A stretch of 63,306 nt of DNA, filler included, from Cercozoa sp. M6MM (lineage: Eukaryota; Protista; Endomyxa: Ascetosporea), in assembly GCA_040357565.1 (NCBI GenBank). It is 7 parts of 7 records of this genome, joined end to end, with 100 filler letters (N's around TTAATTAATTAA, not from the genome) between each part and the next. Parts side by side here need not be neighbours in the genome. Positions count along the whole stretch, not along the records: positions 29,424 to 32,867 come from JBDODJ010001456.1; positions 32,968 to 37,012 come from JBDODJ010001235.1; positions 37,113 to 44,767 come from JBDODJ010000607.1; positions 44,868 to 48,938 come from JBDODJ010001230.1; 3 more parts are not named here. One strand, given 5' to 3'. The position numbers were made by a program, and so were the translations under genes. The notes beneath the pieces were generated by a model. That model was not told the DNA's origin. It searched no databases and worked only from the letters and a program-made list of their open reading frames with translations. Shown piece after piece: positions 29,792 through 46,146 of this stretch. Each line of letters opens with the position of its first letter. The stretch's first letter is position 1.

Positions 29792-30144
29792 TCTTCGGTT
29801 GAAACGTTCACTCTAGTAGTTTAAACCTAATTTAGTACTTGTGTTCTCTATTAAGCTGATTTAGGTCGGTCGATTCAAATTATTAAGCAATTTATTAAAG
29901 AAATTCTAGGGTAGTTGTCGTCAATTTTGGGATTTTCCGAGAACGTATATACGTCTATAAGGCGTTTTACTTGTAATCGCATTTCATGATCTTCAGTGGC
30001 TGATGCTTTTTACTTTTGGCATTTTATGTGTTCCGTTGTCTCTAAACAACGCTAGAGCACTTATTTTTCATCGGAATCCTGCTTTCGTTTTATTTTTAGC
30101 CCGGTCATTGAATCATGCCGCCTCGCGCCCGTAACAACACGCGA

Positions 30145-31039
30145 ATGCGATTGAAAATGCGCGCACTGTCGCAGCGTGTGAAAGAGTTCCAAGACTGCGA
30201 TTCGTTGCTTTCTGTTGGTACTAGTGTGCACTGTGGCACGTGCTGGCAAGTGCGTGTTGTCTGACTCTCCCGTATTTGTAGTTGACACGAAATGGCACAA
30301 GAAAGGAGACTTCAGCATCCTCGAGACAAGGAGTATTTCTGTTGTTTGTTTCTGTCGTGCGATCTTGATTTCTGTGTGGTTAGATGTGCAAGGCGACCTG
30401 GCCGACAGGTGCGTCGAACTGGTGCGCATCAACATGCAGGTAAGCAAGCCTTATACTTATACGTAGGCTAAGCTGGCGTCTCAGACTGTAGACTATACCC
30501 CATTTGTCTGAAGGAAAGTTACGACCGGCATGCGGGAGAGTGGACCTGGGATACTGAGAAGAAACAGTACCACAATCATTTAACTCTCAACTGGCGGAGG
30601 TTCGACTTGACTAATGTTTGTGTGCTCAGTGAGGAAGTGACACATAAAGACACGCGCGTGTTCGTGTTCTTTCCCACGGCCACCGACGGAGATAACGGTG
30701 GCATACTTCATATTTATTCCGTTCTGTTTGTACAAACCACTCAAACAACAATTCACATACAGGTGACGTGCCGTGCGCTCTGTTGAGTGTGCGTGCCGAA
30801 GTGGACGAGGACTGTCTGGAGGCGCGTCTGTACATCTGGGAGATCCAGGTGCACCCGGATTACCAGAGACAAGGTCTCGGGTCGCATCTCATGCTTCTTG
30901 CCGAGGGTACCATTCCTCTAGTCCCTCTCTATCGGTGTGTTTAATGCTAGCCGGTGTCACCGCACGTGCTAACGCAGAACTGGCCAAGCACTTCCGACTG
31001 GATTCTGTCACGCTCACCGTCTTCAAGGGTATGCTTGCC

Positions 31040-31104
<65 letters not shown>

Positions 31105-31359
31105 GCGGTTGTTGTGTGTTGCTGTTGTTGCTGTTGTTGCTGTTGTTGTTGTGTATCTGTGTATACGCGTAGACAACGAACCAGCGCAGCGTTTCTACCG
31201 CCGAAAGCTCAAGTACTGCACCGACGTGGACGATCCCTCCGTGTATCTTTTGCCTGTGGTTGTTGTATGTGTACACATGTGTGAGGAACCCGTCTGTATA
31301 GCGTGGTGCCGAACCGTGCACACGAGTTCCCTCACAACCTGCTCACTAAGCACATGTAA
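30145..31359 (+). CDS. NAA40: N-alpha-acetyltransferase 40 (NatD)-like GNAT
   Basis: CVELVRINM, WTWDTEKK, LYIWEIQVHPDYQRQGLGSHLM (acetyl-CoA motif), SVTLTVFK|DNEPAQRFYRRKLKYCTD. Confidence 0.82.
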
Positions 31360-32682
31360 TCGACGTACGCGACACGATTTTTCTGGACTCATGCGAGACG
31401 ACCTTTTAACCAGCTTCACAGTTATTTTTGTTTAGCGAACCAGTTGCAAAACTAAACTGACTGTGATGCATGGATGTCAGCCAGGACCGGACGGTCAACG
31501 CAAGCGAGGTGTGGGAACTCCGGATGTGCACGCTGCGGCTTCACTTTCGCACGGCAGTATCACCGATTTTCTTAGTTTGGCGCATTTCACTGCGAAGACG
31601 GCGGATTTCAAGTTGATTTTCAATTTGTCGATGCTCGAGTTCTTCAAATTTCCCCACAAATTGCGCCAGATCCTGCCGATGTGAAGCGGGTAAACCCCAC
31701 TGTTTTCAATCCCAGTATCACCTTGAGTGATATTGTATACAACATACCTTGACGCAGTTCTCCGGAAGCTGCACTTTCTTTCTTCGGAGGGCGCTCTTGG
31801 GTGCCTCCGCGGCGTGCTCTCCGTCTTGAGTTTCTATCCCGAGGTCTTCTTCGCAGACTTCGTTGCTCAAAATTCGTTCACATGCTTGCAGCATCTGGGG
31901 TGTTCGTGCATGTTACCGGTATCGAAACATACAGAACATCTCATCTCGCTGCGCAGGCGTTGTACCGATTTAAGGCGGGACAGTCGCCGCTGAGCTCGAC
32001 GTGACCTGTACGTTGCTGAGCCTGGCATGTCTACTCGAGAAGCACGCGTAGAGGGCAGGCTACAAACTCACAACTGCGCAATGGGTCAAAATCAAAATTG
32101 AAACTGAAACCCTGACCTCCCGGGCGAAACGCTACGCTAGCGCTGACAGAAAAACTCGACTCGACTACAGAAGCGGCGCTAGCGTAGTGCGTCGGTCTCA
32201 GTACGTGCATACGCGTCTCAACGGATGCATTGGCAGGTCAACACGACACGCGTACGATGCCGCAACCAGACGATACTGTACGTACATACGATACCTACGT
32301 ACCGTACGGTACGATAACGCAACGTACGGTAACAGCGCAGTAAATTTCTAAACTAGTCGAGTAACCTAGTAGAGTGCGTTGCGCTGCTTGACATATGTTC
32401 CATTCGATTCGATAGACCGAACAGAGCTACATGAAGCAATCGCGGTAGAGGCGAAGCATCATGCTCATGAACAGCGGGCGTTCAAGGAAACTGTGTTCAC
32501 ACAGCAGGAAATCAGTGGGTTTGCAAGATCAGCACAAGGTGCGAAGCAATCTACAAGATATGGGCGGCACGTCCAATAAGTGAGTCAAGATTCCGCTTGG
32601 CATTGACAAAGCAGACATCGACACGTGCGAAACTGTCACCAAACTCATCAAATCGGCATTAAAAAAAAACAAGAGAGAGTAA

Positions 32683-32867
<185 letters not shown>

Positions 32868-32967
32868 NNNNNNNNNNNNNNNNNNNNNNNNNNNNNNNNN
32901 NNNNNNNNNNNTTAATTAATTAANNNNNNNNNNNNNNNNNNNNNNNNNNNNNNNNNNNNNNNNNNNN

Positions 32968-33027
<60 letters not shown>

Positions 33028-33044
33028 CACACAAACTGGTCCCC

Positions 33045-33370
33045 AATACCACTTTCCACAGGATCGTTTCGGCGCCATACTGTTGAACCTGCTCGGCAAG
33101 TTTCCCCAGATCGACCTTGACGACAACTAGCTCTTCTTCTCGTTCGAATCGCTATCATTCGCACACCAATAAACCAGCACACCCAACGAACACAGATAAA
33201 ATACGTGTGCTTCAGGACGACGAAACACTGCGTTAAGGTTCGCGCCGTCGTCGTCGTTGACGATTCGCTGAAGAAGTAGAAAATACAAAAGAAGAAAAAT
33301 GGAACAACATTTCGTTCTGCTTGTCGAATCCTACCGAACCACCCCCTGCGCGGCGCAGACGTCGCACCAT
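33045..33370 (-). CDS. 5' fragment of a hypothetical protein
   Basis: Spliceable exons ending RFEREEELVVVKVDLGKLAEQVQQYGAETILWK before a GT-repeat intron at the contig end. Confidence 0.35.
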
Positions 33371-33506
33371 CGCTTCAATTCACACTGCGCACTAGTGGAA
33401 TCACCAGGTTACGTCTATTTGTGCACTCTACTGCTCTACCGATCGCGCCCAAAAAATGATCAGTTTGAATGTCGAGTCGATGTGTCATAGCACCACCGTA
33501 CTCGAC

Positions 33507-33668
33507 TCATATCCCGCAAAACAAGGCTAAAAAAGCGAAGGTTCGCATGTCAGTGACTACTCGCGAATCGCAGGGAGCGCATCGGCGGCGGCAGCGGCAG
33601 CGACGTCTTTCTGCTCCGTTGCGCTCTTGACGGCGTCGGATCCCGCTGGTTTCTGCGAGGTATATTAG

Positions 33669-33700
<32 letters not shown>

Positions 33701-34284
33701 CGTATACATATATCCACATGTGCGTGTGTGTGTTGTGTCCAGATAGATGAGGCGTATGGATCTTCACCAGCAAGGCCTCTTCCTGGAGTCGCAGCTGCTC
33801 GAACTCGCGCCAGCCGGCGTGCCGAGTAGCGTAGCGCACAATGTCGCCCTGTGTGAGCATGAGACAAGACGGGTCAGTGTGTCAGTGTGACGGGAGGAGG
33901 GTGCAATGGGAAAGCGACATGGGTGTACCACCGAGATGACGCGAATCGGCTGTCCGCTGCCGTTCATCATCATGATGTGGTGTCTGCCTGCACATAGACA
34001 CGTCCAAGAGTATCTATGCACATAGAGTACATGCACATAGGCACATAGAAGGGCATAGGCACACAAGTACTGGCAGTGGCGAGCTGCCGAATCGCCGTCT
34101 CGAGCGTCATGCGACAGTCGCCGACGATTGTGAACTTCTGGTGCTGCAGCACCCCGAAAGTTAAAGTACAGTCGGTACACACGGTACAGATGTACGGACA
34201 AATAGACAGATGACATTAGAATAGAGAGATAGAGAGATAGAGATATAGATATATATATATATAGAGAGAGAGAGCGAGAGCGAG

Positions 34285-34342
<58 letters not shown>

Positions 34343-36010
34343 TGTGTGTGTGTGTGCGTGTGTATGGTACAGGGCTTTTCTTCGGGTAGTCCTGCGCACG
34401 AATCTGCGCCAGGAACTGCAGGATCGGCTTGTGCATCGACATTGGCTTGTGCACTACTCAGGAGGCATAAACATTGAACCATCCGTGCATACTCAAACAT
34501 ATACTAGATTTCTATAGTACACATAAATGTAAAAGTATATAGAGATATATATATATATATAACTAAGCAATATCATGTATATTTGTACAGAAGATCTCGA
34601 GGTCATGCGAGGACGTTTTGCCCACCATGCGACTGTTTCAAAAGAAGTGCACTGAGTCAGAGGAACAAAGGAGGAAGGGAGGAAGGAAGAGGAAGGAAGG
34701 AAGGAAGGAAGGAAGGAAGTAAGGAAGTAAGGAAGGAAGGAAGGAAGGAAGGAAGGGGAAGGTAAGAGGACACGCACCCCTGATGGTCGACGATAGGTAC
34801 GCTGCCGAGATTGAGTTGCGACATGAGCGAGAACACGCGCTTGGCCGAGTCGGTGGCACTCACAGTGCGCACCTCGGGCGTGCCGATGCCGAGGTCGCAC
34901 AGGGCCATCGACGACGCCAGCGTCAGTTGGTCCAGGTAGCGGAAGAAGATCTTCACCAGCGAGAGCTGCGAGATCAGGTTGACGCATCGGCCCTCCTGCA
35001 GGCACACAATATATCTATCTATATATATATATATATATCCATACACCTATATACCTACATATATCTAACATATATATACTATACTTACATCATTGACAAC
35101 GGGACATCGGTGAACACCTGTGCCGAGAGTGGCCGCTGCTTCGACCTGTGCGTGCAAAGACAGGGATGCGGGGTGGGGGGTAAGGGTGTAAGGAGAAATA
35201 AACACACCAAGGAAGCGTTCATGCGCACAGGTCGGAACGGCGTCTTTTGTGCCAGGTAGCGCGTTGTGACGCCCGAGTGCTCTGCATGTGTGTCGTACAA
35301 GGAGTGTGTTGGGGCCGCAACGCCTCTTTAAGCATCTCGTGTTTACCGTTTAGCCAGAGCGACAGCAGTTCCTCCTCCGTGATCGTGCGTGAGTCGCCTA
35401 TATAAAAAAATATATAATATATATACATATCTCTATAAATATCTACGTGTCTGTGAGATGCAAATATACCAGTTGGGATATCGAGCAGTTCCGGCACATC
35501 AGCCTAGTGTTTCTCCAGTGTCTTATTGGTGACACCACATGGACATGATATCAGGTTTTTGTTCATACCAGTTGTCGGATCGAGAGGAAGCCGACATACT
35601 TGCCAGCTTTCGAGTCAAACACCGGCGCTGCTTGAATGTGGTGGTCTGGCAATACACACAGTGCACACTGTGTCCTTCGCACTGCATCAAACAGGCCTCA
35701 GCGATTGACCGCACCGAGAAGAACACGAAACGCCGCCACCGGGTTGGCCTGCACACGCGGTAGCATCTAATCATCACTACTCTCGTTGAAACAGCAACAG
35801 AACTCACGTCAGCGTCGATCTCGATAATGTGGTCGAACTGCGGCGGAATCTCGGCTACCTTGTGCTGTCTCAGCACTAAAGGCCAACAATCATCCCAAAT
35901 AGAAAATGCGGATAATACAACTCACCGCTCACCCACTCCTCAAAGTCTTCGGGCAGCTCGAACGAGGACTTGCTGCTCTTGCGTCTGAAGCGCCGAAAGA
36001 ATCGAGACAT
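33507..36010 (-). CDS. CBS-domain protein (AMPK-gamma/SDS23-like, four CBS repeats)
   Basis: HHIQAAPVFDSKAGKYVGFLS; GVHRCPVVND|EGRCVNLISQLSLV; FSLMSQLNLGSVPIVDH; TLETAIRQL...HHIMMMNGSGQPIRVISV|GDIVRY. Confidence 0.78.
34670..34762. repeat. (GGAA)n intronic microsatellite
   Basis: Direct. Confidence 0.9.
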
Positions 36011-36357
36011 CTGCGCAACAAGCGTGTTGGAGTCGTGCGAAGTGCAAGTAGCGAATGGAGGGAAATTGGTCAATCGCGAAACCGGTCAGTTTCCCACGCG
36101 CTCCGAAGTAAGGCCAGGACACCTGCCTGCACTGTCTGTACTAACGCTCACTGTGTCGTAGCAACGTCTCTTGCGCGTTTCAGTTGCTTTTGGTCCACCA
36201 AACAAGGCGCCTTGAAACGGCCCGGGAGTGCAACTGGCTCATTTTCAGTGGTCATCGACTCACTATTGGCTCGGAGAATTTCTCGCGTTTGAAATGCAAT
36301 ATTGCGAGTGCTAGAGCAACGCAGCGGCGTGCAATTTTTTTATTGTAAACGTTTAGT

Positions 36358-36834
36358 ATGCATAAGGACGAGCTGGACGTGGATTTGTACGCAATCCTTG
36401 GCGTGGATGCGCAATGTTCCCAGGGTACTTCTGGCCAGGCTTGCCACCTGCCTTGTGTCGAAGCACGTAAGTGCACTGTGTAGAGGAGTTGCGGAGTGCA
36501 TATCTCAAGTTGTCTCGTGACCTTCATCCGCGCGGAGGCGCACGATCAGAGTAGGCTGTCGCTAAAGCTTATTACTTTACAGTTTGAGTTTGACTCTAGG
36601 TCGTTTACCCGCGTTCAAGAAGCCTATGAGGTACTTTTACTGTTCTTTCTCGCTCTTTTTAAAGAGTTCGGTCGATGTATGGTTTGCTTAGGTGCTGAGC
36701 GACGAAGCGAAACGACGTGTTTATGATGTGCGCTTGCTTTGCTTTTGCTTTTGCTGTTTGCGTGTTGTGATGACAGGGATACTTTTGCTGACTACCAGGC
36801 ACACGGTCTGCACGCAGTTGAGTTGCTCAACAAG
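36358..36834 (+). CDS. J-domain (DnaJ-like) protein, 3'-partial; HPD replaced by HPR
   Basis: DLYAILGVDAQCSQ|EELRSAYLKLSRDLHPRGGARSE|SFTRVQEAYE|VLSDEAKRRVYD|AHG. Confidence 0.85.
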
Positions 36835-37112
36835 GTGTGTGTTGTGTTAACTTAAAAGGTATTTGTCTTTGGCGGGTGTATTGCTTTTGCTTTGTGATGG
36901 TGCAGCCTGAGGTCGCTGCTGCTGCCGATCCCGACCTCATCGGTGCTTCCTTGCCTCCTTCCTTGCCTCCTTTGCCCCTTCACCGTTTGACCCCTCCTCG
37001 CCCCCCCCCCCCNNNNNNNNNNNNNNNNNNNNNNNNNNNNNNNNNNNNNNNNNNNNTTAATTAATTAANNNNNNNNNNNNNNNNNNNNNNNNNNNNNNNN
37101 NNNNNNNNNNNN

Positions 37113-37157
<45 letters not shown>

Positions 37158-37161
37158 TGCA

Positions 37162-38030
37162 GCGAGGGCCGTCTGTGCCGTGTGATTACCCAAACGTGGA
37201 ACCCGAACCGCAAGGACATTCCGCTGCGTAAGGCGCTGCTGCTAGCCGGCGAGAAAGAGGAGGAGGTAGGCTCGGTCACTTTGCATGACTTTGCATGTGC
37301 ATGTGTGTCTGTATATGTTGTTTTCACTATGATTATTTTGATCAGGTCGACATGCTGATGGTGTCGAGTGCCATGGAAGACGTCATCAACTCACTGCGTG
37401 CGCGTGGCCTCGTGACGCACATGGAGGACATCACGACGCAGGTCGACCCCGACGCCGAGGGCGAAGGCAACGACGCGGCCGCCAATGACCACTTGCACTT
37501 CGTGCTGCACCTCAACGAGACAGCCCCTCGCGAGGCCTTCATCGACGCTGCCGAATACGCTACACAGCAGGTACGCCTGTCCTGTGCTGTCCCCCCTCTC
37601 TGTTGTAAACTATCCAACTTGATTCGTAGGTACAAGAGCGAAGGAAGGAGGCCGAAAAACGTCGCGAGGCCAAGCGCGCCGTACACTCTTTGTGTTTCAG
37701 TGTTGTTTCTCTTTTTGTGCCAGCAAACTGGTGTGTCCTTAGAACCGTCTGCGCAAGAAGAAACGCAGCAAGGAGCGCCGGAAGCTCATGGCCCAGCGTG
37801 TACTGCAGCCGCACCAGGGTCTGCGACACACGGACGTCTACGGCACGGGTGATACTGCCCACAAGCTCGTGCTCAATGCTACCGACATTCAGGTGACCAG
37901 TGGTCCCAAGCAGTCCACTCAAAGCAGAAGGCCGCCTGTCGCTGCTACGTCAGAAGCCGAACTGGCGGCCGCAGGACAAGCCGATGCCGCTGTCGACGCC
38001 TTTTTGCGCCAGTTTGGGTCGCCCGAGTAA
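37162..38030 (+). CDS. 3' part of a hypothetical protein
   Basis: Exons VDMLMVSSAMEDVINSLRARG..., VQERRKEAEKRREAKRA, ...AAVDAFLRQFGSPE-TAA. Confidence 0.55.
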
Positions 38031-38240
38031 CGTAATAGTTCAGCCTCGTCTACGCTACTTGACGTATCATTCGAATTCAGTCCGGGGTGGGTCGCATACG
38101 ATAGGGTAGGACCATACAACTCCCCTTTTGACGTTCTCAGTGGGAGCTTGTTTGGTGGCTGGCCATTAAACTCCTTTAAGGTTTAGTAACGGCGGAACTA
38201 GCTCAAAAAGTAATTGGACGGAACCCAACCAATCCGATCG

Positions 38241-43880
<5,640 letters not shown>

Positions 43881-44170
43881 CTGGCACCAAGCGTGATGCT
43901 GACGACTGCAACAGTCAAAACCGATATCAACGGGCCCGGACGGGCTCTGGTTGCTTTCACCACCAAACGGAAACCAGCCGCGTCAACAGTCTGCACACAC
44001 GTCGGCAGCTAGGTATCACGTGTACAGAGCACCTTTAGGCCTCTGTAAGAGCAAAGGCAGAGATCTTTGGCCACCCCCTTAAAGACCGGCACAGAAACAT
44101 CTCAAGAGCAGTTGAAGTGTGCAAACGCGTGCGACTACTGTACTGCATCGTTTCCTATTGACTAAATAAC

Positions 44171-44678
44171 ATGGCTTCCCATCTTGCCGTTTCTTCGCTG
44201 GCGCAGTATGTTCTCGCAATCTGTTTTACTGTGACGACGTGATAGTGTTTGTTGTCTGTGTGTTCCTCAGCAAGTTCGGCATCGCTGCCTCGCGTTGCGG
44301 GTACTCTCAGCTAGTGCAGAGCCTGGATGTAGCATGCCAATGTTGCGTGCGTGTTGGTGCAGTGTGCTGGCGTCGGCGCAGCTGCCGACGACGGCGTTTC
44401 GCGTGAGCAGTGACCACTTCCGCGCGGACGCGTTCGCCACGAGTGACGAGAAATCGCTGCCGGTGGTTTTCGTCACCAAGGAGGTAGTGTTCCGTCCTTT
44501 ACCCCTACCTTCTTTACCCCCCTATCCCCCTCCATACCTGCAGGATATTGAGCGCCTGCGCAATGGCTCGTATCCTCTCTTTGCCCTTTACCCCCCCCCC
44601 CCCCAGCTAAGCTGTGTGAGTGTAGAGACGACGTTGACGCAGCCGTGGCTGCCGTTCTGGCTCCGTGCCAGGGTCAGG
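44171..44678 (+). CDS. 5' part of a hypothetical protein
   Basis: MASHLAVSSLAH|KFGIAASRCG|VLASAQLPTTAFRVSSDHFRADAF...VVFVTKE|DIERLRNGS|DDVDAAVAAVL; truncated at linker. Confidence 0.5.
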
Positions 44679-44719
44679 TATACTGATACTTCACTATGGG
44701 GGTAAGGGGATGTACGCTA

Positions 44720-44767
<48 letters not shown>

Positions 44768-44911
44768 NNNNNNNNNNNNNNNNNNNNNNNNNNNNNNNNN
44801 NNNNNNNNNNNTTAATTAATTAANNNNNNNNNNNNNNNNNNNNNNNNNNNNNNNNNNNNNNNNNNNNGGGGGGGGGGGGGCAGTCAAGAAAAAGCCAAAA
44901 CACACACAGCG

Positions 44912-44983
44912 AGGTCCTACCGGGATTTGAACCCGGGTCATTGGATTCAAAGTCCAATGTCATCACCACTAGACCATAGGAAT
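44912..44983 (-). tRNA. trnQ-UUG: tRNA-Gln (anticodon UUG), 72 nt, with acceptor positions 1-2 mismatched
   Basis: ATTCCTA TG GTC TAGTGGTGAT GAC A TTGGA CTTTGAA TCCAA TGAC CCGGG TTCAAAT CCCGG TAGGACC T; intact D, anticodon and T arms; T4/T5 Pol III terminator-like runs ~12-25 nt downstream. Confidence 0.9.
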
Positions 44984-45599
44984 ACTACGACAAAGCCGCG
45001 ACGATGCAACGATACACACACCCGCCTTGGGCCACCTGGTAGGCACCAAAGTCGGCGGCCGCCGACTCAATCACCCAGCGGGTTCGAACCCCACCGCCGC
45101 ACAATAATTCTATATTTACCAAGGCCAACGGACTTGGCCAACGGACTTCGCCACCCGGCGAGCAGGCGAAGCTGGTGCAACTAGGGCAGCAGGCAGACAA
45201 GCAGGCAGGCAGGCAGGCAGACAAGCAGACAAGCAGCCAGGCGGGCAAGCTAAGCTGGCGGAGATAATTTACAGAACCAAATATTTTTAACATTAATCCT
45301 GTTTGGGCAATGCCGACCCAAAATAAAAATAAAACTCTCCAGCACCAGAAGTGAAAAACACAGGCGCCGGGGAACTACTTTTTACAAGCTGTGCGGCTGC
45401 CTTTGTCTCCCGAATAGATGTGTCTGAGACTGTGTATTCGCTCCACCGTCGGCGTTTTTTGGCAGTTTAATGCAGATTCTGAGTGTAAACTACGTAAATT
45501 TACGTACGCCACGACTGACTGGCACAAAACTACAGTCATGATAGATAGTTGGTTTCTGAGTGTGTAGAACTAACTGCCTATGATACCACAGCCCACTCA

Positions 45600-45960
45600 G
45601 ATAGGGACCCTTGACAATGGTCAAGTTCACACAAAAGAAAATGATGGAACGCAAGAAAGTCTGTTCTCGGAGGGAGAATGGCCAAGTGTCAGTTTTAAAA
45701 GAGTGAGATACCCCAACGGTTCAGTTGGGCGGCGAAGACACCCGTCAGCTGGTCACTGTCGACAGTCAGTGTAAGGGTTCTTGAGACATCGTCAGAGAAG
45801 ACAACTGGTCCAGGATAAATCAGATTACCTGGTCGAGGAGAGCCCTTCTTTAAGTTCAGCTGCCAACGCTTGCTTAAGGCTTCCCCGCTCCTCACAGGGT
45901 TGCACCGTCTGGACTGACGATCTAAGTAGGCCAGTGAACCCGCGCCCACGCCTCTTTTGT
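45600..45960 (-). mobile_element. Possible degraded retroelement RT/RNase H fragment
   Basis: Broken frames SLKQALAAEL / LIYP...LTLTVDSD loosely resemble gypsy LKxxL...PxLxxP...FxLxTDAS; intergenic and intron-free. Confidence 0.2.
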
Positions 45961-46146
45961 GGATTATAGTAAGTCATAGGCGAGGGTTGCTTCCGCGCGG
46001 ATACGTAACAGATCGGAAGCTGGCGTACTGTCTTCAAACCAACCGAACTCGACTGACTGATCGTGACGCGTACGTGACGATACCGAACGCGCGAGCAAGC
46101 AAAGTCGCACTATCGATAGGTAGCTCGCGTGGGTGGGAGGGTGGCC

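Noticed and set aside
31470-32187. Small plus-strand gene with possible in-frame TGA (31682) and the 32132-32187 hairpin as its SECIS
   Set aside because: Exon phases are ambiguous, there is no redox motif, and the hairpin lacks a ~12-bp helix II.
32426-32640. 3' end of a minus-strand gene (…FLERPLFMSMMLRLYRDCFM*)
   Set aside because: Phase-consistent but too short and featureless to support; cannot be linked across the linker.
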